From Candidatus Poribacteria bacterium (GTDB lineage: Bacteria; Poribacteria; WGA-4E; WGA-3G): a stretch of 64,000 nt of DNA. Under the pieces are notes generated by a model. That model ran no database searches, was not told the DNA's origin, and saw nothing but the letters and a program-made list of their open reading frames with translations. Within the stretch, counting starts at the first letter, position 1. Each line of letters starts with the position of its first letter. The stretch is taken from the NCBI GenBank assembly GCA_965214095.1, contig OZ243938.1, forward strand, positions 640,001-704,000, written 5' to 3'. The position numbers and the translations under genes are program-made. This document shows, piece after piece, positions 50,666-59,940 of this stretch.

Positions 50666-50970
50666 CAGGGTTATTTATGGTGAAGTATGAAATTATATCT
50701 ACACTTTCTTTCTACGGTAGGCAAGGTTTCCTCACCTCGTCCAAGCAATGTGTTAAATCACTATAGTTTGGACAATTTCTCTCGGTTGCATACTGATATT
50801 TCTAGCATTTTCAACATTTTGTGAGTTTTCAATAGGATAATAACTTGACGAAAAAGTGTTAGAATATCAAAATGAGCAGCCCCAGCGGGGCGAAATGTGT
50901 CCAGCACATCCTGAACAAACGATTTATAGCCCCAGCGGGGCGACAGGTGTATCATTCAAAGTTCACCATA
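50666..50970. mobile_element. Nested MITE stack
   Basis: CAGGGTTATT|TA|TGGTGAA...TTCACCA|TA containing a degenerate GTAGG REP and a TAGTTTGGACAATTT element. Confidence 0.7.
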
Positions 50971-51017
50971 ATTAACCATAGTATGAATCCTATAAGGATA
51001 AAATCCGACCTTTACCT

Positions 51018-51404
51018 ATGAAAAAAGCACTTGTAATCTGTGTACAATTTATCGCTTCAGTTGTAATCGGGTTGATATGGCATTTCCTAATCGTACCATT
51101 CCTTTTTTATAACACCTTTGCATCTAGTGTTATGAAAGGTAGAATGCGAGGAGATCCAATTGAATTTTATGGCATGGCTCAAGAGATAGTTTTGTATGCA
51201 AAGAAAGGATTTGCCCCTACTTTAGCAGAAAAAATCTGTACGATTTTTGCTGCGGTGGGGATACACGGTGTTTGGATATTTCCATTATTAGGTATTTTGC
51301 TTGGAATCCGACATCTCCTTTCTCAAAAAAACTATTCTGAAGATAAACTGATCAAAAGCAAAAATCAGATGAATGCAAATGCTGAAAATACAACTTTGGG
51401 ATAA
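51018..51404 (+). CDS. Small 2-TM membrane protein
   Basis: 128-aa ORF with two hydrophobic segments, enclosed by MITE ends. Confidence 0.6.
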   Translation: MKKALVICVQFIASVVIGLIWHFLIVPFLFYNTFASSVMKGRMRGDPIEFYGMAQEIVLYAKKGFAPTLAEKICTIFAAVGIHGVWIFPLLGILLGIRHLLSQKNYSEDKLIKSKNQMNANAENTTLG

Positions 51405-51609
51405 GATAATCCTGAAAATCTACTAATCCTGCAAATCCTGGTTCAAACAAATAGGAATGCAAACCAATAAAAAAATAACGTTTGTGAATGATATTGAATA
51501 AAAAACCGAAAACTATGGTGAAACATAAAAATAAATGAACATAATAACGACACCAAATCCTTCGGATCCTTCACAGATAAGACTTCAACTTCTTATTCAT
51601 TTCTCACTC

Positions 51610-52053
51610 CTAAAAATCAAAATTTGATGATGTCAGAGACGCAGTCTCCTTACAAAGTTCGAGAACCCGTTTACGATTATTGACATCCGCGCCACTTTCT
51701 AACTTCACACTACGCGTTCGTACCACTCCTTTTTTCCCACGCACTACACGCTTACACGGCAAATAATGCTTACGAGACGCACGAGTCCGCCTGCCGAACT
51801 CACGAAGCAAACATTCATAAGGTGTATCAACGGCATTCGGAACACGCCGGCGCGAAAGCTTACGAGACTCCCAATGCCAACGATAATACGAACTAACACT
51901 CACACCCGCTTCTTTACATGCCAAACTCACAGAAGTGCGCCTTAGCAACACAACCAGATCAGCAATAACCCTTGTGACAACCGCATTCAACCCTCCTTTT
52001 TCGCGAAGGTTTTTATTATAATTTTTTTCCAAAAACACCAAATTATAATGCAA
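51610..52053 (-). CDS. HTH-containing hypothetical protein; truncated paralogue at 48404-48631
   Basis: VSLACKEAGVSVSSYYRW HTH; 51577-51837 matches 48371-48631. Confidence 0.6.
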   Translation of the reverse strand: MHYNLVFLEKNYNKNLREKGGLNAVVTRVIADLVVLLRRTSVSLACKEAGVSVSSYYRWHWESRKLSRRRVPNAVDTPYECLLREFGRRTRASRKHYLPCKRVVRGKKGVVRTRSVKLESGADVNNRKRVLELCKETASLTSSNFDF

Positions 52054-52216
52054 TTAATGCAAAATGTTTTTAAGGATACCATATTTTCAACCCAAAACAC
52101 AACATAACAATATAACATCCTTAACACCATCCCACCAAAAAATCTCCCTTGACAAACCACCGACCCATCAAGTATAATCAAGAAAATAACCTTTAGGAAA
52201 TGGATCAGAAACACCG

Positions 52217-53185
52217 ATGCAGCAGCCCAAAATCACCGTTCTCGGCAGTGCAAACGTTGACCTCGTCATCCGCACAGAACGCTTACCCAATAGAGGCGAA
52301 ACCCTCATCGGAGACGCTTTTGACATCTTCACAGGCGGCAAAGGATTCAACCAAGCAACTGCCGCAGCCAGATTAGGTGCAAAAGTCACCTTTATAGGTA
52401 GAATAGGGGATGACCCCTTTGCAGACATACTCCGATCCGCAATAGAATCTGAAAAAATTGACAGCCAATATGTCAAAACCGATCCAGATAGCGGTACAGG
52501 CACCGCAACGATAGTTGTTCAACCGGATGGTGAAAACAGTATCATCGTAGTACCACGCGCCAACATGCACATCACCCCAGCAGACATAAACGAAGCAGAA
52601 AATAACATTGCAAATGCAAATGTCTTGATGCTACAATTAGAGACACCGATTGACGCATCCATACGCGCAGCAGAAATCGCAAAAGCAAACGGGACAATCG
52701 TCATGTTGGATCCAGCACCTGCGCGTCAACTGCCGGCAAGTCTATTGTCAAACGTGGATATACTAAAACCGAACAGAACTGAGGCATCAGTACTATTAAG
52801 ACGTAAAGTAACAACACCAGAGACAGCAATTGCTGCAGCAAAAACATTACAAACAAAGATTGCCAACGATGGATTATCCGCAGTTGTGCTAACACTTGGA
52901 GAACAGGGATTAATCTTATGCACACCAACGCAAACCTTTCACGTTCCAGCAATAAAAACGGATGTAGTGGATACAACGGGGGCAGGAGATGCGTTCTGTG
53001 GTGCCCTCGCGACGATTCTCGCTAACGGAAATAGCTTAGAAAATTCCGTTACGTTTGCAGCGGCTGCAGGTGCAGCGGCGGTCTCAGTTCTTGGTGCAAC
53101 CCCATCAATGCCAACACATGAACTATTGAACCAGTTCTTTCAGAAAAACAGTCAGCAAGGAAATACACAGAAACAGAGGAGATAA
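52217..53185 (+). CDS. rbsK: Ribokinase
   Basis: GSANVDLV, GGKGFNQATAAARLG, MLQLE, DTTGAGDAF motifs. Confidence 0.93.
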   Translation: MQQPKITVLGSANVDLVIRTERLPNRGETLIGDAFDIFTGGKGFNQATAAARLGAKVTFIGRIGDDPFADILRSAIESEKIDSQYVKTDPDSGTGTATIVVQPDGENSIIVVPRANMHITPADINEAENNIANANVLMLQLETPIDASIRAAEIAKANGTIVMLDPAPARQLPASLLSNVDILKPNRTEASVLLRRKVTTPETAIAAAKTLQTKIANDGLSAVVLTLGEQGLILCTPTQTFHVPAIKTDVVDTTGAGDAFCGALATILANGNSLENSVTFAAAAGAAAVSVLGATPSMPTHELLNQFFQKNSQQGNTQKQRR

Positions 53186-53188
53186 GAG

Positions 53189-56068
53189 ATGAAAAAATTA
53201 ACAGCACTCACACTTACACTCTCATTTTTCATATTAACCCTATCTATCCATGCACAAGAAAAATGGGAAATTGATATGCAAAAAGACTTCGCGAAAATCT
53301 TGAAAGCAAGCAAAGATGCAACAGTAAAACATCGTGAATACATTGTAAAATGGCGAAAGAATGGACACCTCACTGATGTAACCAATTTATATGAAGCACA
53401 AAAAGTAAATTACTCAGATAATGCTGCATTTATTTACGGTTTAGGGTACGCCTATGCACTCACGGATATCAAACAGAATCCTGACGCAGAAACCAAAGCA
53501 ATTGCCAACTATGAAGCATCCCTTCAACTTGACCCATCAATGTTCTGGGGACATTATAGTCTCGGAGCGATCTACCAGAAACAGAAAAAATATGATGACG
53601 CACTCACCAAATTCAAAACCAGTCTTACATTAAATCCAAATTACTATCCCGCGCACTACTATATCGGTGAGATACACCTCAAACAAGGTAATCATACAGA
53701 CGCATTCCAATCCTTTGAAATCGCACAATCGCTCAACCCAAAATGGGAATATCCTGTCTACGGCATAGGCTTGGTATATTTCGACCAAGGGAATCTGAAT
53801 CAGGCACGAGCAACATTTGAACGCGCAATACAGAACAACAGAAAATTCGCACCCGCTTACATCAAACTCGGACAGGTGCTCGCGAAGGAAGGCTTTTTTG
53901 AGGAAGCATTAAAAGAATACCAAAAATCTGCTGAAAATCAGCCCTATACTGCTGAAGATGTGTTTGATCTCGCAGTCATTTTTGCTGAAGGTGGAAACTC
54001 AGATGGTGCTATACAGTTGTATCGTCGCACAATTGAAATAGAACCTACGCATGCTAAAGCACATTACGCTGTTGCCGAAGTGTTATATGCTCAAGGGGAT
54101 ACAGGGACTGCTGTCACACATTATCGTCAGGCGATTGATAGCGATCCGGCACTCAAGAGTAACTTCTACGAACCTATTGAACCATATTTTATCGGTATTT
54201 TAGGGGCAAATCAGGCACGTGAATTGATGGCTAAAGCAGTAGCAGTATTACCAGATGACCCCCGTTCACACTTCTATATGGCGAAGTTGGAAGCAGATAC
54301 TGGCAACGCCGATAAAGCAATAGAACTCTACAAAAAGACGCTTGAAATTGTTGAGGCAGAACCCTCCTTTCTGGAAATGGAACTCCCGCACGGTCATTTT
54401 CACGATTCACATATTCATCTGGGTGATTTGTATCGTAAAAAAGGCGATTTGGATGTAGCAGCAACACATTATCGGCGCGCACTTGAACTCAATCCTGCTT
54501 ATGCAAACAAGTTTATTGAACAGGGAAAGACTGCGTTTCAGGCAGAAGACTATAGAGCTGCCATTGAACCACTTAACATACATGTCATCCTATTTCCGGA
54601 GGACATTGAAGCAACGTATCTATTAGGACAATCCTACGAAGCAAGTGAAGATACTGCAAACGCACTCATCTATTATGAAAAGACTTTACAGTTAGACTCA
54701 AATCGCGCTGATGTCCTATACAAGATGGCACATATTTACATTCAGACCGCATCCCATCAAAACGCATTGGATGCCTTAAAGAAAATCATCGCAATTGCTC
54801 CAACAGACGCACAAGCACATTATCTTTCCGCTCAATCCTATCTCGCTCTTGAACAACACGATGCAGCATTAACTTCATATTTGGAGACAATCCGATTGCA
54901 ACCAGAGAATGTTGATGCACAATATCAAGCAGGTAAGTTATATGAAAACAAAGGTGATATTGACAACGCACTCGTCTATTATGAAAAAACCATTGAATTA
55001 GATCCAGAAAACGCTGAACCGTTCTTCAAACTCGGTGGTATATATGAAACTCGCAAAGACGAAGACAACATGATTCGGGTTTATCAACCTGCGTTGATAC
55101 TTGAACCCAACCATCCCAAAATTCACCACACACTTGCTGCTATCTTTGACAAACGTAGCAAGAAGGTTGAAGAAGGTCAAGAGCAAAGTTATGAAGAAAA
55201 TATCAATCAAGCCATTCATCACTATAGATTAGCCAATGAACACGATCCAGAACAATGGGAGTGGCACTATCAATTCGCACGGCTATTGGATACTCACGCA
55301 GCGACACTTGAAGACTACCATCTTCATGGGGATATGGCTGTAACAGAGTATTCAAACACTATCAAACTAAATTCGGGGCATGCTGACTCCTATTTCTATC
55401 GCGCTATGATAACAAACAGATATAAACGCATAAAAGACAAATTGTATCTCAGTGAACAGATCATCAATGATTTTATGCAAGTTGTGACATTAGATCCGAA
55501 AAGAACTGAAGCATACTACCACATGGGTGTCCTCAAAGTCTGGATAGAAAAGTTTGATCAAGCAAATGAAGCATTCCAAAAAGTCCTTAAACTTGATCCA
55601 AAATATAAGGGTGTTCACACTCAACTTGGGAAACTTGCTGAACGTCAACAAAATTGGAAACAGGCAATCAAACTCTATGAAAAAGAGATTGAAATTGATG
55701 ATAAAGCTGTCACAGCATATCAACGTCTCGGTGATCTCTACTACAATTCCGAGTTGGAATTTAACAAGGCAAAGGCGATGTTAGAAATTGCTCTTAACTT
55801 AGACGATAAGCATGTGGATACACTTATTGCCTATGCCAACGTATTATATAGTATGGACAAACTCGGCGCTGCATCTGAACAGTTTGAACGTGTCCTACAG
55901 ATTGATAAACGAAATCTGACAGCAAACTTCAATCTCGCTCTGATGTATGAATATACTGACCGCATTGAACTTGCAAAAACTCAATGGAAACGATTCCTTG
56001 AATTAAATCCACCGGAACAGTGGAAAGTACAAGCAAACGACCATCTCAGCAAACTCGGTGGAAAATAA
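53189..56068 (+). CDS. Secreted multi-TPR protein
   Basis: Signal peptide followed by ~20 TPR repeats. Confidence 0.92.
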   Translation: MKKLTALTLTLSFFILTLSIHAQEKWEIDMQKDFAKILKASKDATVKHREYIVKWRKNGHLTDVTNLYEAQKVNYSDNAAFIYGLGYAYALTDIKQNPDAETKAIANYEASLQLDPSMFWGHYSLGAIYQKQKKYDDALTKFKTSLTLNPNYYPAHYYIGEIHLKQGNHTDAFQSFEIAQSLNPKWEYPVYGIGLVYFDQGNLNQARATFERAIQNNRKFAPAYIKLGQVLAKEGFFEEALKEYQKSAENQPYTAEDVFDLAVIFAEGGNSDGAIQLYRRTIEIEPTHAKAHYAVAEVLYAQGDTGTAVTHYRQAIDSDPALKSNFYEPIEPYFIGILGANQARELMAKAVAVLPDDPRSHFYMAKLEADTGNADKAIELYKKTLEIVEAEPSFLEMELPHGHFHDSHIHLGDLYRKKGDLDVAATHYRRALELNPAYANKFIEQGKTAFQAEDYRAAIEPLNIHVILFPEDIEATYLLGQSYEASEDTANALIYYEKTLQLDSNRADVLYKMAHIYIQTASHQNALDALKKIIAIAPTDAQAHYLSAQSYLALEQHDAALTSYLETIRLQPENVDAQYQAGKLYENKGDIDNALVYYEKTIELDPENAEPFFKLGGIYETRKDEDNMIRVYQPALILEPNHPKIHHTLAAIFDKRSKKVEEGQEQSYEENINQAIHHYRLANEHDPEQWEWHYQFARLLDTHAATLEDYHLHGDMAVTEYSNTIKLNSGHADSYFYRAMITNRYKRIKDKLYLSEQIINDFMQVVTLDPKRTEAYYHMGVLKVWIEKFDQANEAFQKVLKLDPKYKGVHTQLGKLAERQQNWKQAIKLYEKEIEIDDKAVTAYQRLGDLYYNSELEFNKAKAMLEIALNLDDKHVDTLIAYANVLYSMDKLGAASEQFERVLQIDKRNLTANFNLALMYEYTDRIELAKTQWKRFLELNPPEQWKVQANDHLSKLGGK

Positions 56069-56081
56069 TTAAATTAATTGT

Positions 56082-56742
56082 GATGGATATTGAATCCTTT
56101 CAAGAAACATTAAACACTGAAGTTATTGGCAAAAGCCACATAGAATATCACCTACAAGTCTCATCAACAAACGATTTAGCAATCAGTCTAGGAAAAACCG
56201 AGGGGGCAATAGAAGGAACACTCATCATCACGGAGCATCAAACTGAAGGACGGGGAAGGTACGGCAGAAAATGGAGTGCACCGCACGGTAAATGTATTCT
56301 CGCTTCCGTAATCTTTAGACACCGACTGAAACAGGATCAAGTCCATTTGCCGAACCTTATCGGTGCACTTTCCATCGCTCAAGGTATTCATACAATCACT
56401 GGACTTGATGCGCAGATAAAGCATCCAAATGATGTGAGGATAGCTAAAAAGAAGGTTGCGGGTGTCCTCACTGAAATTGAATACGACAAACACCGTCAAC
56501 CCTTCTTCGTATTAGGTTTCGGTATCAATGTAAATATCACCGTAGAGGAATTTTTACCTGAACTTCTAAGCACTGCCACCTCACTACAACTTGCTGCTTC
56601 CGATACTGGAAACAGGGAGATTTGCCGAATTGCAGTGCTACAATCCGTTTTGCAAAAACTTGAAGAAAATTATCTTATCCTGAAATCAGGTGACATATCT
56701 GGCATAGAACAGAAAGTATCTGCCTGGGAAGAAAAGTCATGA
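56082..56742 (+). CDS. birA: Biotin--[acetyl-CoA carboxylase] ligase (no N-terminal HTH)
   Basis: SSTND, QTEGRGRYGRKW, IKHPNDV, KKVAGVL, GFGINVN motifs. Confidence 0.92.
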
Positions 56743-57176
56743 AAATGCTTATCAGTGCCTGTCTACTCGGTGTCAACTGCAGATATGATGGTGGCAACAG
56801 TCGTGATGAAAACGCTATCAATCTCCATCAGAATGACGAACTGATACCTGTATGTCCCGAAGAAGCAGGCGGACTGCCGACTCCTCGACCCGCTGTTGAA
56901 ATCGTCGGTGGTGATGGAAACGACGTTTTGGATGGAAATGCAAGAGTGCTAACTGCAGATGGTGTGGATAAGACTGAAGAATTTCTAAAGGGGGCACAAT
57001 TTGCACTGGAACTGGCACAATCACAAGACGCAACTACTGTCTTGTTAAAATCCAAAAGTCCATCATGTGGTTGTGGAAAGATTTATGATGGGTCATTTTC
57101 AAGCACACTTATATCAGGAGATGGTGTTACAACAGCACTCCTTAAACGACACGGAATAGAGGTGATTTCAATATAG
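56739..57176 (+). CDS. DUF523 family protein (2-thiouracil desulfidase-like)
   Basis: ISACLLG..CRYDG, VCPE..GGLPTPR, KSKSPSCG motifs. Confidence 0.9.
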   Translation: MKMLISACLLGVNCRYDGGNSRDENAINLHQNDELIPVCPEEAGGLPTPRPAVEIVGGDGNDVLDGNARVLTADGVDKTEEFLKGAQFALELAQSQDATTVLLKSKSPSCGCGKIYDGSFSSTLISGDGVTTALLKRHGIEVISI

Positions 57177-57179
57177 TCG

Positions 57180-57953
57180 TCAACCAATTAATCTTCGAAC
57201 CTGTTCGCCAATATCCGGACTTCGCATCAATGATTCACCTACCAAAATAGCGTTAACACCGACCTCACGTAAAGATTCCACATCTTCTCTCGTATAAATT
57301 CCACTTTCACTTACAACAACTTTTTCGGATGGAATAGATTCACGTAGTTTGAAAGTTGTGGCTAAATCAGTATTAAAAGTTCGTAAATCACGATTGTTTA
57401 TCCCGATGATTTCTGCGCCAACATCTAATGCTATATCCAATTCTGCTTCGGTGTGTACCTCTACCAGAGAAACCATTGAAAGAGAGGATGCAATGTCAGC
57501 AAACTCACGCAGCTGATCACTACGCAAAGCAGCCACAATAAGAAGCACGGCATCTGCACCAGCAACGCGCGCTTGATAGATATGATACGGATCAATCGTG
57601 AAATCTTTCCGTAACAACGGCACATTAACTTCTTCACGGATTGCTGTTAGATAGTCAAGACTCCCATCAAAAAACCGAATATCTGTCAACACGGAAATCG
57701 CTGCTGCACGGTTCTCAGCATAAATTTTAGCAATACCTACAGGATCAAAATCTTCTCTAATAATGCCTTTACTTGGAGATTTTTTCTTTACTTCTGCTAT
57801 GAGATTGATGGTATCAGGTAGAGAAATCGCTTGCTTGAAATCCTTCGTTGGGGGTAGGTCTGCTAATGTTGACTTTAGAGTAGCCAACGGCACCTTTTCC
57901 TGATCTGTTTGAAGTTCTTTTTGTTTGTGTTCAATGATAGAGTCTAAGATCAT
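57180..57953 (-). CDS. trpC: Indole-3-glycerol phosphate synthase
   Basis: IAEVKKKSPSKG, LRKDF, GINNRDL, SESGI motifs. Confidence 0.97.
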   Translation of the reverse strand: MILDSIIEHKQKELQTDQEKVPLATLKSTLADLPPTKDFKQAISLPDTINLIAEVKKKSPSKGIIREDFDPVGIAKIYAENRAAAISVLTDIRFFDGSLDYLTAIREEVNVPLLRKDFTIDPYHIYQARVAGADAVLLIVAALRSDQLREFADIASSLSMVSLVEVHTEAELDIALDVGAEIIGINNRDLRTFNTDLATTFKLRESIPSEKVVVSESGIYTREDVESLREVGVNAILVGESLMRSPDIGEQVRRLIG

Positions 57954-57963
57954 AACATCCCTA

Positions 57964-58974
57964 TTACTGATTTGAGACAGATTTCAATCCTTCTAATTTC
58001 TCAAGTGCATTCCCAGAGTCAATAGATGTGGCAGCAAGTTCAAGTCCGTTTTCTATGCTGTCGGCTTTTCCACCAACAACAATCGCAGCGGCTGCGTTCA
58101 ATAAAACAATATCGCGCTTTGGTCCCTTTTCACCTTTGAGTATACTCGTTGTTATCTCTGCATTTTCTTCAGGGGTGCCGCCAAGTAACGATTCTGGTGA
58201 AGCTTTTGGAATACCATGTTTGGTCGGGTCAAAGGTGTATGTATTCACATCACCATTAGAAAGTTCGGAGATGCGGGTAGTAGTAGTAGTTGTGATTTCA
58301 TCTAATCCATCATTACCATGCACAACATAAGCCTTTTTCGTTCCAAGATTGTTCAGCACATTTGCATGCATCGGTGTAAGTTCTCTTGTATACACTCCCA
58401 ATACTTGCGCTTGTGCACCCGCAGGATTTGTCAGAGGTCCAAGTGCATTGAATATTGTGCGGATACCGATTTCACGGCGCGGACCAATTGCATGCTTCAT
58501 CGCGCCATGTAGCATCGGCGCAAACAGAAACCCGATTCCCACCTCATCAATACACTGACCAACCTGTTCTGGAGAAATCTCAATATTCACACCTAATGCC
58601 ATCAGCACATTAGCACTGCCACTTTGTCGAGTCACACCTCTATTGCCATGCTTTGCAACAGGGACTCCCGCTCCCGCTACGACAAACGCAGATGTGGTTG
58701 AAATGTTGAATGAATGTCCTCCTGTTCCCCCTGTGCTGCAAGTATCCACCAATAAAGGTTGTTTCGTAGGAACTTTAGTTGCCTTTGCACGCATCACACG
58801 CGCAGCACCAGTGATTTCTTCAATCGTTTCTCCTTTAAGCCTCAATGCAGTCAAGAAGCAAGCAATTTGTGCATCTGTCGTTTCTCCTGCCATAATCTCG
58901 TTCATTGTTTCAATCATTTCCGCTTCAGACAATGACTTCCCATCAATAACCTTCTGTATGGCTTCACGAATCAT
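57964..58974 (-). CDS. trpD: Anthranilate phosphoribosyltransferase
   Basis: DTCSTGG..FNIST, KHGNR, GPLTNP, DGLDE motifs. Confidence 0.97.
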   Translation of the reverse strand: MIREAIQKVIDGKSLSEAEMIETMNEIMAGETTDAQIACFLTALRLKGETIEEITGAARVMRAKATKVPTKQPLLVDTCSTGGTGGHSFNISTTSAFVVAGAGVPVAKHGNRGVTRQSGSANVLMALGVNIEISPEQVGQCIDEVGIGFLFAPMLHGAMKHAIGPRREIGIRTIFNALGPLTNPAGAQAQVLGVYTRELTPMHANVLNNLGTKKAYVVHGNDGLDEITTTTTTRISELSNGDVNTYTFDPTKHGIPKASPESLLGGTPEENAEITTSILKGEKGPKRDIVLLNAAAAIVVGGKADSIENGLELAATSIDSGNALEKLEGLKSVSNQ

Positions 58975-59151
58975 ATAATCTTCCTCCTATTTTTATCACC
59001 AATATTGTTCCTATTTATTATACAGAATAATTATCCGTTTTTCAAGAACTGAAAGTGAATTGCTTTTTTCTTGACACACTTTATACGTGTTGCTAATATG
59101 CAAAAATCTAAATCATACACACTTTCCATCGTCCGTTCAGGAGAAATCAAT

Positions 59152-59940
59152 ATGAACGAAGAGCAGAAGTATCTATTTGATTTGACAGGTTATCTAATAG
59201 TCGAAAACGCGCTTTCTACCGATGAGGTTGCACAGTGTAACGCGGCGATTGACCACCACATTCAACATCTTAGGGAACGTGAAAACTCACTGGCTGGCGG
59301 CTCGGAAGCACTTGCTGGTACAGCACACCGCATGGACATGGGTGGGATGTTGGCGTGGGAAAAACCTTGGTGTGAACCATTTCGAGAACTCCTGATACAT
59401 CCCAACATAAAACCGCACTTACTGGAAATCTTAGGCAAACAATACAGACTTGACCACGGACCAGGTCTAATTGCAATGGAAAACGGCACTGAAGGTGGCA
59501 CACTTCATGGTGGAGGTATAGAACGACCTAATTTCTCAGAAGCATATTTCTTCAAATATGGACGTATCTATACCGGTCTAACCGTTGTAGAATACATGCT
59601 TGCTGATGAAGGTCTTGGGGATGGTGGGCTTGCGATAATACCCGGCAGTCATAAAGCCAACCTTCCATGTCCAAGTAATATGAAACAATACGAAAAACAT
59701 CAAAACTTGGTGCTTGAAGTGAATGCCAAAGCAGGTGATGCTGTCATTTTCACTGAAACTCTTACACACGGAACACTCCCATGGACAGCATCACACCAAC
59801 GACGTGCACTACTCTATAAATTTAGTCCAGGATTTCAGGCATATAGTGCTGGTGCACATCGTATTGAGTATCCAGATTACATTGAAGACATGACACCCGA
59901 ACAACGAGAAGTTATGGAAGCACCACACATAAGACATTAA
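59152..59940 (+). CDS. PhyH family Fe(II)/2OG oxygenase, HxG variant
   Basis: YLFDLTGYL, LHGGG, IPGSHK, LTHGT, RRALL motifs; GGAG RBS before ATG 59152. Confidence 0.88.
   Translation: MNEEQKYLFDLTGYLIVENALSTDEVAQCNAAIDHHIQHLRERENSLAGGSEALAGTAHRMDMGGMLAWEKPWCEPFRELLIHPNIKPHLLEILGKQYRLDHGPGLIAMENGTEGGTLHGGGIERPNFSEAYFFKYGRIYTGLTVVEYMLADEGLGDGGLAIIPGSHKANLPCPSNMKQYEKHQNLVLEVNAKAGDAVIFTETLTHGTLPWTASHQRRALLYKFSPGFQAYSAGAHRIEYPDYIEDMTPEQREVMEAPHIRH

Noticed and set aside
44100-52200. Intact prophage or integron
   Set aside because: No integrase, structural or large terminase genes, and no attC-like sites recognised.
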